Part shown: positions 10,126 to 19,215 of the stretch, one piece after another
Layout: each line of letters opens with the position of its first letter
Position numbering within the stretch: the first letter of the stretch is position 1
Notes under the pieces: generated by a model
Database searches by the model: none
The model's input: the letters and a program-made list of their open reading frames with translations, nothing else
What the model was told of the DNA's origin: nothing
Position numbers and translations under genes: made by a program
Source of the DNA: Candidatus Peribacteria bacterium
Lineage (GTDB): Bacteria > Patescibacteriota > Gracilibacteria > Peribacterales > Peribacteraceae
DNA: 64,000 nucleotides
Direction: 5' to 3'
Assembly: GCA_041691135.1 (NCBI GenBank)
Contig: JBEPVF010000003.1
Coordinates: forward strand, 32,001 to 96,000

Positions 10126-11052
10126 CTACGCTTTCCCAAGCGCCGGCACAGTTTCCCTGAACAGCGACGCAACGACGTCCAAGTCTTCATTCACGATCAA
10201 GTGATCGAAGAGATCGCGGCGTTCTTTGAAGAATGCCAGATCCAGTTCGGCGTTCTTGAGACGATCTTGAATGTTCTCTTCCGTCTCACGGCCACGGCCG
10301 CGAAGGCGGTGGAGCAGGGAACTGAGCATAGCGCGCTTGCTCTTGCCCGGCGGCAGCAGGCCGAAGCTGAGAATGGAGCGGCGGCCAAAGTGTTCGCCCA
10401 GGCCTTGAAGCAGGTGCATTTCTGTGATGACGATCGGCAGCAGTCCGGCGTTCCAGATAGCTTTGATATCGCTGGCGCGGTAGCCGTACCAACGGTCTTC
10501 GGATCGGGAGGGGATGTTGGTGGCGGCAATAATCTCACCGGCACGCTGTAGGCGGTCGAATTCTTTTTTGGTCATGTACACGTACTCGCCATCGTCGCCT
10601 TTCTTTTTCGTCCGCGTCGTCAGAATGGGGACATTGCGCGACGAGGTGCTGAACATCGAGACGAGCATGCGGGCGATCGTGGTCTTGCCGACGCCGGACG
10701 GTCCGGTCAGCGCGAGGATGTAGCCGGGGAAAGCGATGGTTTCTTCGCTTACCGGAGCGGTTTTCGTGGCAGGGATTTCGTACGCCACTTCGTAGATGCG
10801 CAGATGATCTTTGGCGACGTAACTCAGGCGCATGCGCGGAATAACCATCATGCCGATTGCTGGTTTGGAACCGGTCAGCGGAGCCATCACTTTCGATCCG
10901 TCAGCCAGCTTGATAAGTGCGATGCTGCGATGGCCGGCACCGAAATGTTCCGGCGGATGTGCGAGCGTCGTAAACGACAGGATCGTTCCTTCTTGCATTC
11001 TACGGCGTTCCTCGGCTTGTCGGCGGGCGATACTGGGTGATGATTCGGGCAT
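10126..11052 (-). CDS. fusion of DUF35-type OB-fold (no Zn ribbon) and guanylate-kinase-like P-loop domain
   Basis: N-term GTILSFT..HPP..F...IALIKLADG....IGM.V....R; C-term TGPSGVGKTT, TTR, WYG, RLRGRGRETEENIQDRL, IVNEDL; directly downstream of the thiolase. Confidence 0.85.
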   Translation of the reverse strand: MPESSPSIARRQAEERRRMQEGTILSFTTLAHPPEHFGAGHRSIALIKLADGSKVMAPLTGSKPAIGMMVIPRMRLSYVAKDHLRIYEVAYEIPATKTAPVSEETIAFPGYILALTGPSGVGKTTIARMLVSMFSTSSRNVPILTTRTKKKGDDGEYVYMTKKEFDRLQRAGEIIAATNIPSRSEDRWYGYRASDIKAIWNAGLLPIVITEMHLLQGLGEHFGRRSILSFGLLPPGKSKRAMLSSLLHRLRGRGRETEENIQDRLKNAELDLAFFKERRDLFDHLIVNEDLDVVASLFRETVPALGKA

Positions 11053-11066
11053 GGATCGGTGGGAGT

Positions 11067-12194
11067 TTACTGGAGATGTTCAAGAATGTGGAGGCCGCAG
11101 GTGGCTCCGGCACCGCCGAAATTATGGCTCAGTCCATAACGTGTGCCGGCTGCCTTTAGTTGTTTGGCGATGTCGATGAACTGCTTGATGCCCGTCGCGG
11201 CGACAGGGTGGCCGCAGGCTTTAAGACCTCCGCTTTTGTTTACCTGGAGGCCCATCATCGTCGGACGCTCATACAACTCGCGGTAGATGCTGATGCCGTC
11301 GCCTTCGTTGGCAAATCCCAAATCTTCCATGTTGATGACGGCGGCGATGGAGAAGCAGTCATGCGTTTCGACATGGCTGATTTCGTCGCGATCGATGGCG
11401 GCTTCGGCCAGGGCCTTCTCCATTGCTTTTTTTGAAGCGCTGAACGAGGTGAGGCTCGGGCGATCGGCCAGACTGAGTGTGTCGGTGGTGAGTTGTGACG
11501 CCGCTACGCGGAAGTTGCTCTGGTATTTGGTCGAGAGGATGCAGGCGGCCGCACCGTCGCTGATGGGAGAGCAGTCGAGGAGTCGCAGTGGGTCGGCGAT
11601 CGGCGAGCTTTTGGAGACGGCTTCAGGTTTCACTTCCATGCGAAACTGCGCGAAGGGGTTTTCCAATGCCTGACGATGATGCACAGCTGAAACCAAACTC
11701 AATTGGTCTCGCGTCAGACCATAGTCGTGCATGTAGCGTTGGGCGACGAGTCCAAAGATTCCCGGGAACGTGAGTCCGGCCGGCCGGTCCTGCTCGCTAT
11801 CGGCAGCGCCCATCAGGGCCGAGGCAATCTGATCGTTCGTCGCGTCGGTCATTTTTTCGGCACCGATGACGAGAATTGTCTGCGCTCGGTTCGATTCGAG
11901 TAAGGCGCAGGCAGTGTGAATAGCCACTGATCCGCTGGCACAGGCCGCTTCCACGCGAATGGCAGGAGGTTTGTGCGGCAGGAACGACGCGACCATGGCG
12001 CCCATATGCGCCTGATCCGATGCTACTTCGCCGATCATATTGGCGACGATCACCATATCGATGTCGAGTGCAGTGGCTGGAGAATGCTCGATGGCGCCAT
12101 CGACGACTTCGCGCGCCAGATCGCGCAGGCTTTTATCCCAATGCTCGCCGAAGCGGGTTTGAGATGAACCGATGAGAAAGAGGGGCTTTTCCAT
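11067..12194 (-). CDS. acetyl-CoA acetyltransferase (thiolase), archaeal/SCP2-like type
   Basis: VEAACASG, DCSPISDGAAA, ETHDCF, SGGLKACGHP, HNFGG. Confidence 0.93.
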   Translation of the reverse strand: MEKPLFLIGSSQTRFGEHWDKSLRDLAREVVDGAIEHSPATALDIDMVIVANMIGEVASDQAHMGAMVASFLPHKPPAIRVEAACASGSVAIHTACALLESNRAQTILVIGAEKMTDATNDQIASALMGAADSEQDRPAGLTFPGIFGLVAQRYMHDYGLTRDQLSLVSAVHHRQALENPFAQFRMEVKPEAVSKSSPIADPLRLLDCSPISDGAAACILSTKYQSNFRVAASQLTTDTLSLADRPSLTSFSASKKAMEKALAEAAIDRDEISHVETHDCFSIAAVINMEDLGFANEGDGISIYRELYERPTMMGLQVNKSGGLKACGHPVAATGIKQFIDIAKQLKAAGTRYGLSHNFGGAGATCGLHILEHLQ

Positions 12195-12204
12195 TATGAG
12201 AGAC

Positions 12205-12273
12205 GGAAAGCACGAAATTCGAAATTCGAAATTCGAATTTTTTTCGTGCTTCGTGCTTCGGATTTCGAATTTT
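12205..12273. repeat. heptamer tandem repeat with inverted arms (GAAATTC/GAAGCAC type)
   Basis: aagcacgaaattcgaaattcgaaattcgaa...ttcgtgcttcgtgcttcggatttcgaattt; similar copy at 23148-23222. Confidence 0.8.
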
Positions 12274-13314
12274 TCATGAATGAGCAGAAGAAAGAGCCTT
12301 GGTATGATTCAAATACTCAGCGTAGCTCAAGTAGGCAATGTCGCGATCATCGGGAGGAAGCAGCACTCCATTGCGCTGCATCGTCATCAGGAAGGCATCG
12401 GATCCGGCGCCGGATCCGTAACTCACCAATAGAATGGTTTCGGCTTTCTTGGCATGTTGCAGCACTTCCGTGAGTCCGAGCGGGGAGCAGGCGCTGTAGG
12501 TGTTGCCGATGCGCGGCACGATGAATCCGTGATGGCACTGCTCGTGCGTGAAGCCGAACTTCTTGAGGATGCGGGAGGGGAATTTGGCGTTCGGCATATG
12601 GATGACGACGTGGTCGATCTCCTCTACTTTCTTGCCCGTTACTTCCAGAATGCCGCGCAACGCTTCTTCGATATGGCGGAAGTAAGCCGGTTCGCCGGTA
12701 AAGCGCCCAGCATGGTTTGGATATTTTTCGCCGTTCGCACGCCAGAAATCAGGAGTATCGGTGGTAAAGCTGAGCGTGTGATCGATGCGACAGAGCGCAT
12801 TCTTGGCACCACTTGAGCCAATCACGAAGGCAGCGGCGCCAGCGGCAGCCGTGTATTCCAGTGCATCGCCCGGTCTGCCTTGTGCCGTATCTGTTCCAAT
12901 CGCCAGGCCATACTGGATCTGTCCGCTGCGCACGAACGTGTCCACGATCTGCATGGCGGCCGTGCCGGCTTTGCAGGCAAATTCCAGATCCGCAGCGTGC
13001 GAAAAAGGATGGAGGTTCAGCGCGGCAACGAGCATGCCGCTCGTTGGTTTGACGGCGTACGGATGACTCTCGGAGCCGACGAAACACGCCGAGACCTCGC
13101 TCGATTCAATGCCGGCAATCTCGATTGCCTGACGGGCGGCTTCGAAGGCCATGGTAAAACTGTCTTCATCCTTGCCGGGAACCGTCTTTTCCTCAATACC
13201 CAATGTCTTTGCGGTCTCCTCGCCGTCTTGCTGCCAATGCTGGGCGATGGCGGCTGTCTTCAGTCGGAAGGCAGGCAGGTAGCGGCCGAAACCGATGATG
13301 CTGGAAGGCGTCAT
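12274..13314 (-). CDS. hydroxymethylglutaryl-CoA synthase, archaeal type
   Basis: GSESHPYAVKP, DLEFACKAGT, GRFTGEPAYF, IGNTYSA, SYGSGAGSDAF. Confidence 0.95.
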   Translation of the reverse strand: MTPSSIIGFGRYLPAFRLKTAAIAQHWQQDGEETAKTLGIEEKTVPGKDEDSFTMAFEAARQAIEIAGIESSEVSACFVGSESHPYAVKPTSGMLVAALNLHPFSHAADLEFACKAGTAAMQIVDTFVRSGQIQYGLAIGTDTAQGRPGDALEYTAAAGAAAFVIGSSGAKNALCRIDHTLSFTTDTPDFWRANGEKYPNHAGRFTGEPAYFRHIEEALRGILEVTGKKVEEIDHVVIHMPNAKFPSRILKKFGFTHEQCHHGFIVPRIGNTYSACSPLGLTEVLQHAKKAETILLVSYGSGAGSDAFLMTMQRNGVLLPPDDRDIAYLSYAEYLNHTKALSSAHS

Positions 13315-13627
13315 GAGACGAGAGGATAGCAAAAAACGGGCCAGAAGTCAGCGAAAGGCGGCTTCTTTCTCTTACAGTGGCTATTCTTGTGGCAATGCGC
13401 TATCTGCCTGTGGAAGCGGTATAGGAAGCAGCCGTATTCGCATTGCTGCCACAGGTTCATCACGTGGTACTTGTAACTCAACCAAACTTGTCGTTTTGGC
13501 ATCAGACGTCGGCTGCGCAAAGGCAGTTCCGATAGTGGCTCCTATTTGGTTGCGAGTATGAAAGGGTTTTCTACTTTTCACATCATGCGTGGTTCGTTGG
13601 CTCACGATGAAGGAAAAATCTGCCTCA

Positions 13628-14353
13628 TCAGGTCTTGGTTGATAGATTAATGGTCTTTGAATGCGTTTGCGTATCGACTGAGCCTTTTCCTCCTTCCATT
13701 TTCAATACTTCCGGTCCTACCTCATGTTCTTGTGCCATAAGTAATCTGGGCGTGCCTTTTTTATGCGGGTCCCATCCATTGAACGTCTCTTGTATGTCCC
13801 CGGAAGGGAGTGTCTCTCGCAAAAGTGGTATATCGCCGACACGTGTCACAAAAACGATCTGCTCAGTTTTTTCTCCCGACGCCATGACGATGTTCCCACG
13901 TCCATCGGAGCACAGTTGATTGAAGTCATTGGTGCGATGCAGGTTACGGGGATCGGTAAAGTTAAAAACGACGAAACCAAATTGCCGGCCCGGTTCAAGG
14001 TAAACGCAATAGTGTGGTGTGGCTTCGTCAGCTCCCTCAAGCGTGAACGGTTCGACAGAGTGCTGTTGAAGAGCAGCGTTTTCATCGTCTGGATTCATCG
14101 AGAGGAACTTTATTCCCACAACGCCGCCGTCAAATTTCTGAACCAAACTTCCATTAAGCATGAGGGGCATGGTCTGATCAATGATCTTTTCCTCCGGGAG
14201 GCCTTTGAGTATCTGGTTCCTCGCTTCAAGTTGTCGAATTATGTTTGGGTTGTGTTCAATAAGGTGCATCGTCGGATGCTCGCTTTGGTCTGCCAGTATG
14301 AGTGATCTGTTCATAAGGTATAGAACGAAAAAGGATTCATAGTGCCAAGGCAA
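13628..14353 (-). CDS. hypothetical protein inserted in the mevalonate cluster
   Basis: 241-aa ORF with lower GC; real start probably one of the downstream Met codons. Confidence 0.55.
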   Translation of the reverse strand: MPWHYESFFVLYLMNRSLILADQSEHPTMHLIEHNPNIIRQLEARNQILKGLPEEKIIDQTMPLMLNGSLVQKFDGGVVGIKFLSMNPDDENAALQQHSVEPFTLEGADEATPHYCVYLEPGRQFGFVVFNFTDPRNLHRTNDFNQLCSDGRGNIVMASGEKTEQIVFVTRVGDIPLLRETLPSGDIQETFNGWDPHKKGTPRLLMAQEHEVGPEVLKMEGGKGSVDTQTHSKTINLSTKT

Positions 14354-14375
14354 TGGGGGAAGTCAAAATATTTCT

Positions 14376-15533
14376 TCACCGGCCATGTTCCTTATGCGCC
14401 TTTGCCAATGTATGGCTCGCTTGGGCCGCTAGGAGTGAAATTTCTCCGGCCAGTACGGCTGCGCCAATACTTTCGGCCAATTGTTGGGTGGGCGACAGAG
14501 ATGTTGGGCTTTTCAGGAGCAAGTGCAGACATTGCTGCTGCGTGGGGAGTGCCGTGCCGCCGCCGCGAATACCGACGAGAAGAGCGGGAAGTCGCACATA
14601 TACTTTTAAGCCTTCATCCGTCAGCTCGACGCCGGTCGTGGCCATCGATCCCTCTACGGTGTGGGCGACGTCCTGCCCGGTTGCCAGATAAAGTGCGGCG
14701 ATGATATTGGCGACATGCAGATTGCGTCCAAGCATGCCGGCGACATCGGATCCGGCGATGAGTTTTGCATTGGCGACGGCGATCATTGTTTCGGCCGAAG
14801 ATTTTAACGACTCCTGCATCACTGCATGGGCGAGTGTTGCCTCAGCCGTCACTTCGTAGCCGCGCCCGCGCTGAATGGTGCGGAGGCTGGGCTTTTTGTC
14901 GCTGTCGACGTTGCCGGCGACAGTGATGAACTCGGCGATCTTCATGTCATTGCCGATCCATTCGCCGATGGCCTGTGCGGCGATGGTCACCATATTCATG
15001 CCCATGGCTTCGCCGGTATCGCAGAAAATAGTCAGGAAGACGAACTCCTCCTCCTCGTCCAGATCGAAAGTCAGAATCTTCAGATGGCTGCTCGTCGCTT
15101 CGCCTATTTTTGTCCATTCATCCTTGTGTCGAGTAATCAGGCGAATCGCCGAACGCGGATCCACGGACCGGAAGGCGATGGAACGGTTGGTGCCATGATG
15201 AATCGAGGAGGTGCGGACACCGCCGCTCTGCGTGAGCGCTTTGCAACCGCGGTTCACACTGGCTACCAGTGCGCCTTCGGTGGTGGCGAGCGGCAGATGG
15301 AGTGAAGACTCTTCGCCGGAACTGAACTGCACAGCCAGTGGTCCCGCGTAGCCGACAGGAACCGATACGATGCCGAACATCTGCTCGCAGTTCTTCTCGT
15401 CGGCCTGGCCGATATGCTGTTCATCCGCTTCCAGGAGAGACAGGTCGATGCCCAGTTCCTGTTCGATCAGCCGCCGACGTGCGGTGACGCGTTGCTCAGA
15501 AGACAGATCGGGTGGTAGGGAGCGGAGATCCAT
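14376..15533 (-). CDS. hmgA: HMG-CoA reductase (class I, NADPH type)
   Basis: NCEQMFG, PLATTEGALVASVNRG, EAMGMNM, GNVDSDKK, ATGQD, GGGT; start at MDLRSL. Confidence 0.93.
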   Translation of the reverse strand: MDLRSLPPDLSSEQRVTARRRLIEQELGIDLSLLEADEQHIGQADEKNCEQMFGIVSVPVGYAGPLAVQFSSGEESSLHLPLATTEGALVASVNRGCKALTQSGGVRTSSIHHGTNRSIAFRSVDPRSAIRLITRHKDEWTKIGEATSSHLKILTFDLDEEEEFVFLTIFCDTGEAMGMNMVTIAAQAIGEWIGNDMKIAEFITVAGNVDSDKKPSLRTIQRGRGYEVTAEATLAHAVMQESLKSSAETMIAVANAKLIAGSDVAGMLGRNLHVANIIAALYLATGQDVAHTVEGSMATTGVELTDEGLKVYVRLPALLVGIRGGGTALPTQQQCLHLLLKSPTSLSPTQQLAESIGAAVLAGEISLLAAQASHTLAKAHKEHGR

Positions 15534-15555
15534 TGTGATGAAAGATTCAAGAGGT

Positions 15556-16554
15556 TTAGAGCAGCGAGGCACCGGTGCCGGCTTGGGCTTCGAAGATGGT
15601 GCAGTTGGTTTGTTGTTTGGCATAGCCACGGATGGCTTCTACTGCTTCCTGGGTGCAGATCAGATGGACGGTCGCACCGGCATCCATGGTATAGAGGACA
15701 GGCAGATGCTGCGTGCGTCGCAGTTCGTTGATCTCGTCGACGATGCGGTTGGTGTCGGGCGTCAGGTAATTGAGTGATGGCGTACTGGTGCGCATCACGT
15801 CGTGCATGTTCAGACAGTCTTCCTCGGCGATGATTTGCAGCTTCTCAAAATCCTGCTGCTGGATGGCGTCGATGCATTCTTCCTGGCGGTGCGGAATCGA
15901 GGCGACGCGCCCGGCGAACAGGGGACTGCTCGGGGCGAACGTATGTCCTTCGGTGGAACCGTACTGCTTCTCGTTCATGCTGGGCGCGATGATGATGTCG
16001 TACAGGATCCAATAATCTTCCGGTGCAATCTGCACGGCGTACGCGCCGTCGATACTATCGTTTTCCACATGCATGGCACTGTACCCGCCGAACACGCCGC
16101 GACAGGCTGACCCACTGCCCAGACGAGCCAGGATACTGATCTGTTCCGATGTCAGTTCGATGTGTTCCTTGATCAGTCCGGCATACGCCGTTGCGACACA
16201 GCTAAATACAGCAGCCGACGAAGCGAGGCCGATAGCCGGTGGAATGTGCGACCGGATGGTGAGTGATACGGCCTGTGGCAGCACATCCGGTTGATCGAGC
16301 GTCGCCAGATAATGGCGGCAGAGTTCGAGGTGCTTCTGGAAGCGTTGCGTGTCTTTTTCTCGCAGTACTTTCGGTTTGCCATCAGCGTCGTACGAATCGA
16401 TATGCCATTGATCATGGGGTTCCACGCTGATGTCGACGGTGGGATTCGACAGCGTCATCGACAGCGAATCGGCGGCCGGAATGCGGAGCTCGGCATTGCG
16501 GTTTCCCCAGTATTTGATGAGGGCGATGTTGGGTGTGGAGCGGGCGGTAACCAT
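15556..16554 (-). CDS. mvaD: (di)phosphomevalonate decarboxylase
   Basis: NIALIKYWG, GLASSAA, ARLGSGSACR, YTMDAG. Confidence 0.93.
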   Translation of the reverse strand: MVTARSTPNIALIKYWGNRNAELRIPAADSLSMTLSNPTVDISVEPHDQWHIDSYDADGKPKVLREKDTQRFQKHLELCRHYLATLDQPDVLPQAVSLTIRSHIPPAIGLASSAAVFSCVATAYAGLIKEHIELTSEQISILARLGSGSACRGVFGGYSAMHVENDSIDGAYAVQIAPEDYWILYDIIIAPSMNEKQYGSTEGHTFAPSSPLFAGRVASIPHRQEECIDAIQQQDFEKLQIIAEEDCLNMHDVMRTSTPSLNYLTPDTNRIVDEINELRRTQHLPVLYTMDAGATVHLICTQEAVEAIRGYAKQQTNCTIFEAQAGTGASLL

Positions 16555-16587
16555 CGGAATTGAAAATTGAAGAATGGAATTTTTACT

Positions 16588-17457
16588 TCATCGATGCTCG
16601 ATGAGTGAGTAATCGTAGCGTTTTGCGATCGTCTGAACCACATCTGATTCCCGGTGCAGTGTCATCACCATGCCTCCGCCACCGGTTCTGGCTCCGGCAC
16701 CGATGATTTTGGCGACGCCGCCTTGGACTTCGATATCGGCGATGAGGCGTTGCACTGGCTCGGGGACAACTCCCAATTCCACTTGGGCCCGGTGATGATC
16801 CGGAATAACGGTCTGTGGAGACTCACCCTTCAGGAGTCGCTCAGTGCATTGACCTATGGCTTGAAGAGCGGGTTCAAGCATTGCCGCATGCTCCTTTACC
16901 CAGTCGACCAATGCCGGTGTCGTTTCGCCGGGTTTGCCCGTGTCGATGAGTATCGCGTTTGCCAAAAAATCGGTGCTGATGGGTGCCGATTGTACTGTCT
17001 CTCCGCGGCGGAAAAGGATGGGCTGATTGCGCCAGATGACCTCGAAATCAATGCCGCTGTGTCCGGGATTGAACTGATTTTCCATTTGCCGGCAAGCAGC
17101 TTCACAGTCATCGCCCAGGAGTGCTCTGCCGATTGCGATCAGAAGGGCGGTCGAGGACCCCATGCCACGCCCAAGTGGAAGAGCGTTGTCGATTGTGAGT
17201 ACTCCACTGAATTTTTCCCCCGCGTGTTCTTCGCAGGCAATAATCAGTCCGCTCACATATTTCTGCCATTCTTTACTCCATGGAATACCGGTCTGCCTGA
17301 TTTCCAGCCCCTTGGTTTCTGGTTTCTGGTTTCTGGTCTCGTCGTAACAAACCTGCATTCCCATCACAGATGGCGCCGCAATTCCCCGATGTCCGAATAC
17401 CACGGCATATTCACCGCTGAGGATGATCTTGCCGGAGGCGACACCGGTGCGGATCAT
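16588..17457 (-). CDS. mvk: mevalonate kinase (GHMP family)
   Basis: GKIILSGEYAVV, PLGRGMGSS, SGID, KIIGAG..GGG. Confidence 0.88.
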   Translation of the reverse strand: MIRTGVASGKIILSGEYAVVFGHRGIAAPSVMGMQVCYDETRNQKPETKGLEIRQTGIPWSKEWQKYVSGLIIACEEHAGEKFSGVLTIDNALPLGRGMGSSTALLIAIGRALLGDDCEAACRQMENQFNPGHSGIDFEVIWRNQPILFRRGETVQSAPISTDFLANAILIDTGKPGETTPALVDWVKEHAAMLEPALQAIGQCTERLLKGESPQTVIPDHHRAQVELGVVPEPVQRLIADIEVQGGVAKIIGAGARTGGGGMVMTLHRESDVVQTIAKRYDYSLIEHR

Positions 17458-18131
17458 GAGCCGAATCGGCGTGTCCGTTTGGAAAAATCGTCAACTGCAT
17501 GGGCCAGATCCTCAGTCGTGAAATCGGGGAAGAATTTGTCGATGAACAGCCACTCGGCGTAGGCGCTCTGCCACAGAAAAAAGTTGCTGGTGCGCTGCTC
17601 GCCCGATGTGCGAATGATGAGGTCGATGTCGGTGAGTTCGGGATGATCTAGTTGTATGTGTATCGATTCTTCTGTTGCGGTTGAGGGGTCGGGAAGCTTG
17701 TGAATGGCACGAATCAGCTCATCTTTGCCGCCGTAGTCGACAGCCAAATGCAGCGTGAGTTCGGTTTGATCCTTCGTTTCCTCGGTAATGTCGCGGATCA
17801 AGTTGGCGAGTGACGAGGGGATCCGATCGAGACGGCCCGAATGCACGAAGCGCGTTTTGTTCTGCAGAAATACCTGGCGCTCGCGTCGCAGATAGTCTTC
17901 CAGCAGCGTCATCAGATGGGCCACTTCGTCAGGATCCCGTTTCCAGTTCTCAGTCGAAAAGCACCACACGGTGAGGGTCTGCACCCGCGGATCGTCTTGA
18001 CACCACTCGGTAAGCGTGCGGAAGTTTTCTACTGCTCGTTCGTGGCCCTTCCACGGAAACAGCGTTCGTTGCTTGGCCCAGCGGCGATTGCCGTCGGGGA
18101 TGATGGCGATATGGAGCGGAGAATCGGGCAT
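17454..18131 (-). CDS. uppS: undecaprenyl/polyprenyl diphosphate synthase
   Basis: HIAIIPDGNRRWA, FSTENWKR, IRTSGEQRTSNF. Confidence 0.96.
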   Translation of the reverse strand: MPDSPLHIAIIPDGNRRWAKQRTLFPWKGHERAVENFRTLTEWCQDDPRVQTLTVWCFSTENWKRDPDEVAHLMTLLEDYLRRERQVFLQNKTRFVHSGRLDRIPSSLANLIRDITEETKDQTELTLHLAVDYGGKDELIRAIHKLPDPSTATEESIHIQLDHPELTDIDLIIRTSGEQRTSNFFLWQSAYAEWLFIDKFFPDFTTEDLAHAVDDFSKRTRRFGS

Positions 18132-18133
18132 GG

Positions 18134-18685
18134 TCAGTTCCAGGTAACGGCAGGGGATTCGATGATCATGCGCAGACCGAGGTGGAACCACGGCGCATAG
18201 TCGAGCGCATGTTCTTTCATATCAGTGCCGAGTTCGTCGAGATCGATCCATTTCCACTCGGCGACTTCATGGGGATCGGCATTGATGCGGATGTTCTCGT
18301 CGGCTTCACCGATCAGGAGAGTGACGTATTCGTGTTCGATACCTCGCTGCTGCGGATCTTCGGCGCGGTACACGAAAGACAGATGAGGGCGGAGGGGGAC
18401 GGAGAAACCCAGTTCCTCACCCAGTCGGCGTTCACCGGCTTGCTCCGGTGCTTCATGGTCCTGCGGATGACTGCAGCAGGTGTTGGCCCAAATGAGCGGC
18501 CAGAGCATTTTTTTGGCACTGCGTCGTTGGATCAGTATTTTGGATCGGTCGGCATTGAAGACATAGACCGAAAAAGCCAAATGCAAAGAGCCTTCGCCGG
18601 TGTGTGCCTGCACGATCTCCATCGATCCGGTGGGCATGCCATTCGGATCACTCAGTATCACCGTCCTTTTGGCCTGGGGTTCCAT
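18134..18685 (-). CDS. idi: isopentenyl-diphosphate delta-isomerase type 1
   Basis: LHLAFS, WANTCCSHP, RRLGEELG, IEHEY, PWF. Confidence 0.95.
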   Translation of the reverse strand: MEPQAKRTVILSDPNGMPTGSMEIVQAHTGEGSLHLAFSVYVFNADRSKILIQRRSAKKMLWPLIWANTCCSHPQDHEAPEQAGERRLGEELGFSVPLRPHLSFVYRAEDPQQRGIEHEYVTLLIGEADENIRINADPHEVAEWKWIDLDELGTDMKEHALDYAPWFHLGLRMIIESPAVTWN

Positions 18686-18876
18686 AATTGAAGCATGCGG
18701 CAGCGCCGAAGCTTTTGCAATAACCCTTTCATCATTATCTGCTTTTCACCTCCACTTTTTTTGGGTTTTCTGCCCGCGAATGCTCACCCTTCACCCTCAT
18801 CTGTAGCAGCAGCCGTCCCCGGCTGCGGTGTCTGAGATATTCCCCGGCACAAACTTCTCCAGTCACCACTGGTGTC

Positions 18877-19011
18877 CTTTCTTTTGTCTCCCCGCGACAA
18901 AAGAAAGTACCAAAGAAAAACGCACCGCCTATGACCCACCTCACTTCCTTGTCGCGCCTAACGGCATGCGACAAGGAAGTTCGTAACCACTCATCCCCAC
19001 CACATAGGCGG
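18877..19011. repeat. multi-hairpin structured intergenic element
   Basis: Stems ctttcttttgtc/gacaaaagaaag and ccgcctatg/cataggcgg, the latter enclosing acttccttgtcgc/gcgacaaggaagt. Confidence 0.6.
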
Positions 19012-19108
19012 AGGGACTGTTCCCTGGAATAGCGAAGGTACGAAGAGGCTCGGCGGCCTCTAGCCGCCTGGGAGTAGTGGAGAGTTCGTAAAAACAAAAC
19101 ACACACAT

Positions 19109-19158
19109 CTCCCTCTCCCGGCAGGGCGGGCGGAGGGAGAGGGCCGGGGTGAGGGGGG
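19109..19158 (-). repeat. REP-like element CCCTCACCCCGGCCCTCTCCC...GGGAGAGGG
   Basis: Matches a widespread GC-rich bacterial intergenic palindrome family, recognised from memory. Confidence 0.65.
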
Positions 19159-19178
19159 CCAGGCGGATGGGTTATAAC

Positions 19179-19208
19179 AAAAAAAGAGCTCCTACTGGAG
19201 CTCTCTTT
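19179..19208 (-). terminator. intrinsic terminator of the H1-like gene
   Basis: aaagagagctcc-agta-ggagctc followed by a T run on the minus strand. Confidence 0.75.
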
Positions 19209-19215
19209 AAGCTAT

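Noticed and set aside
18735-19106. 123-aa ORF containing FFGTFFCRGETKER
   Set aside because: Translation of a palindromic repeat element
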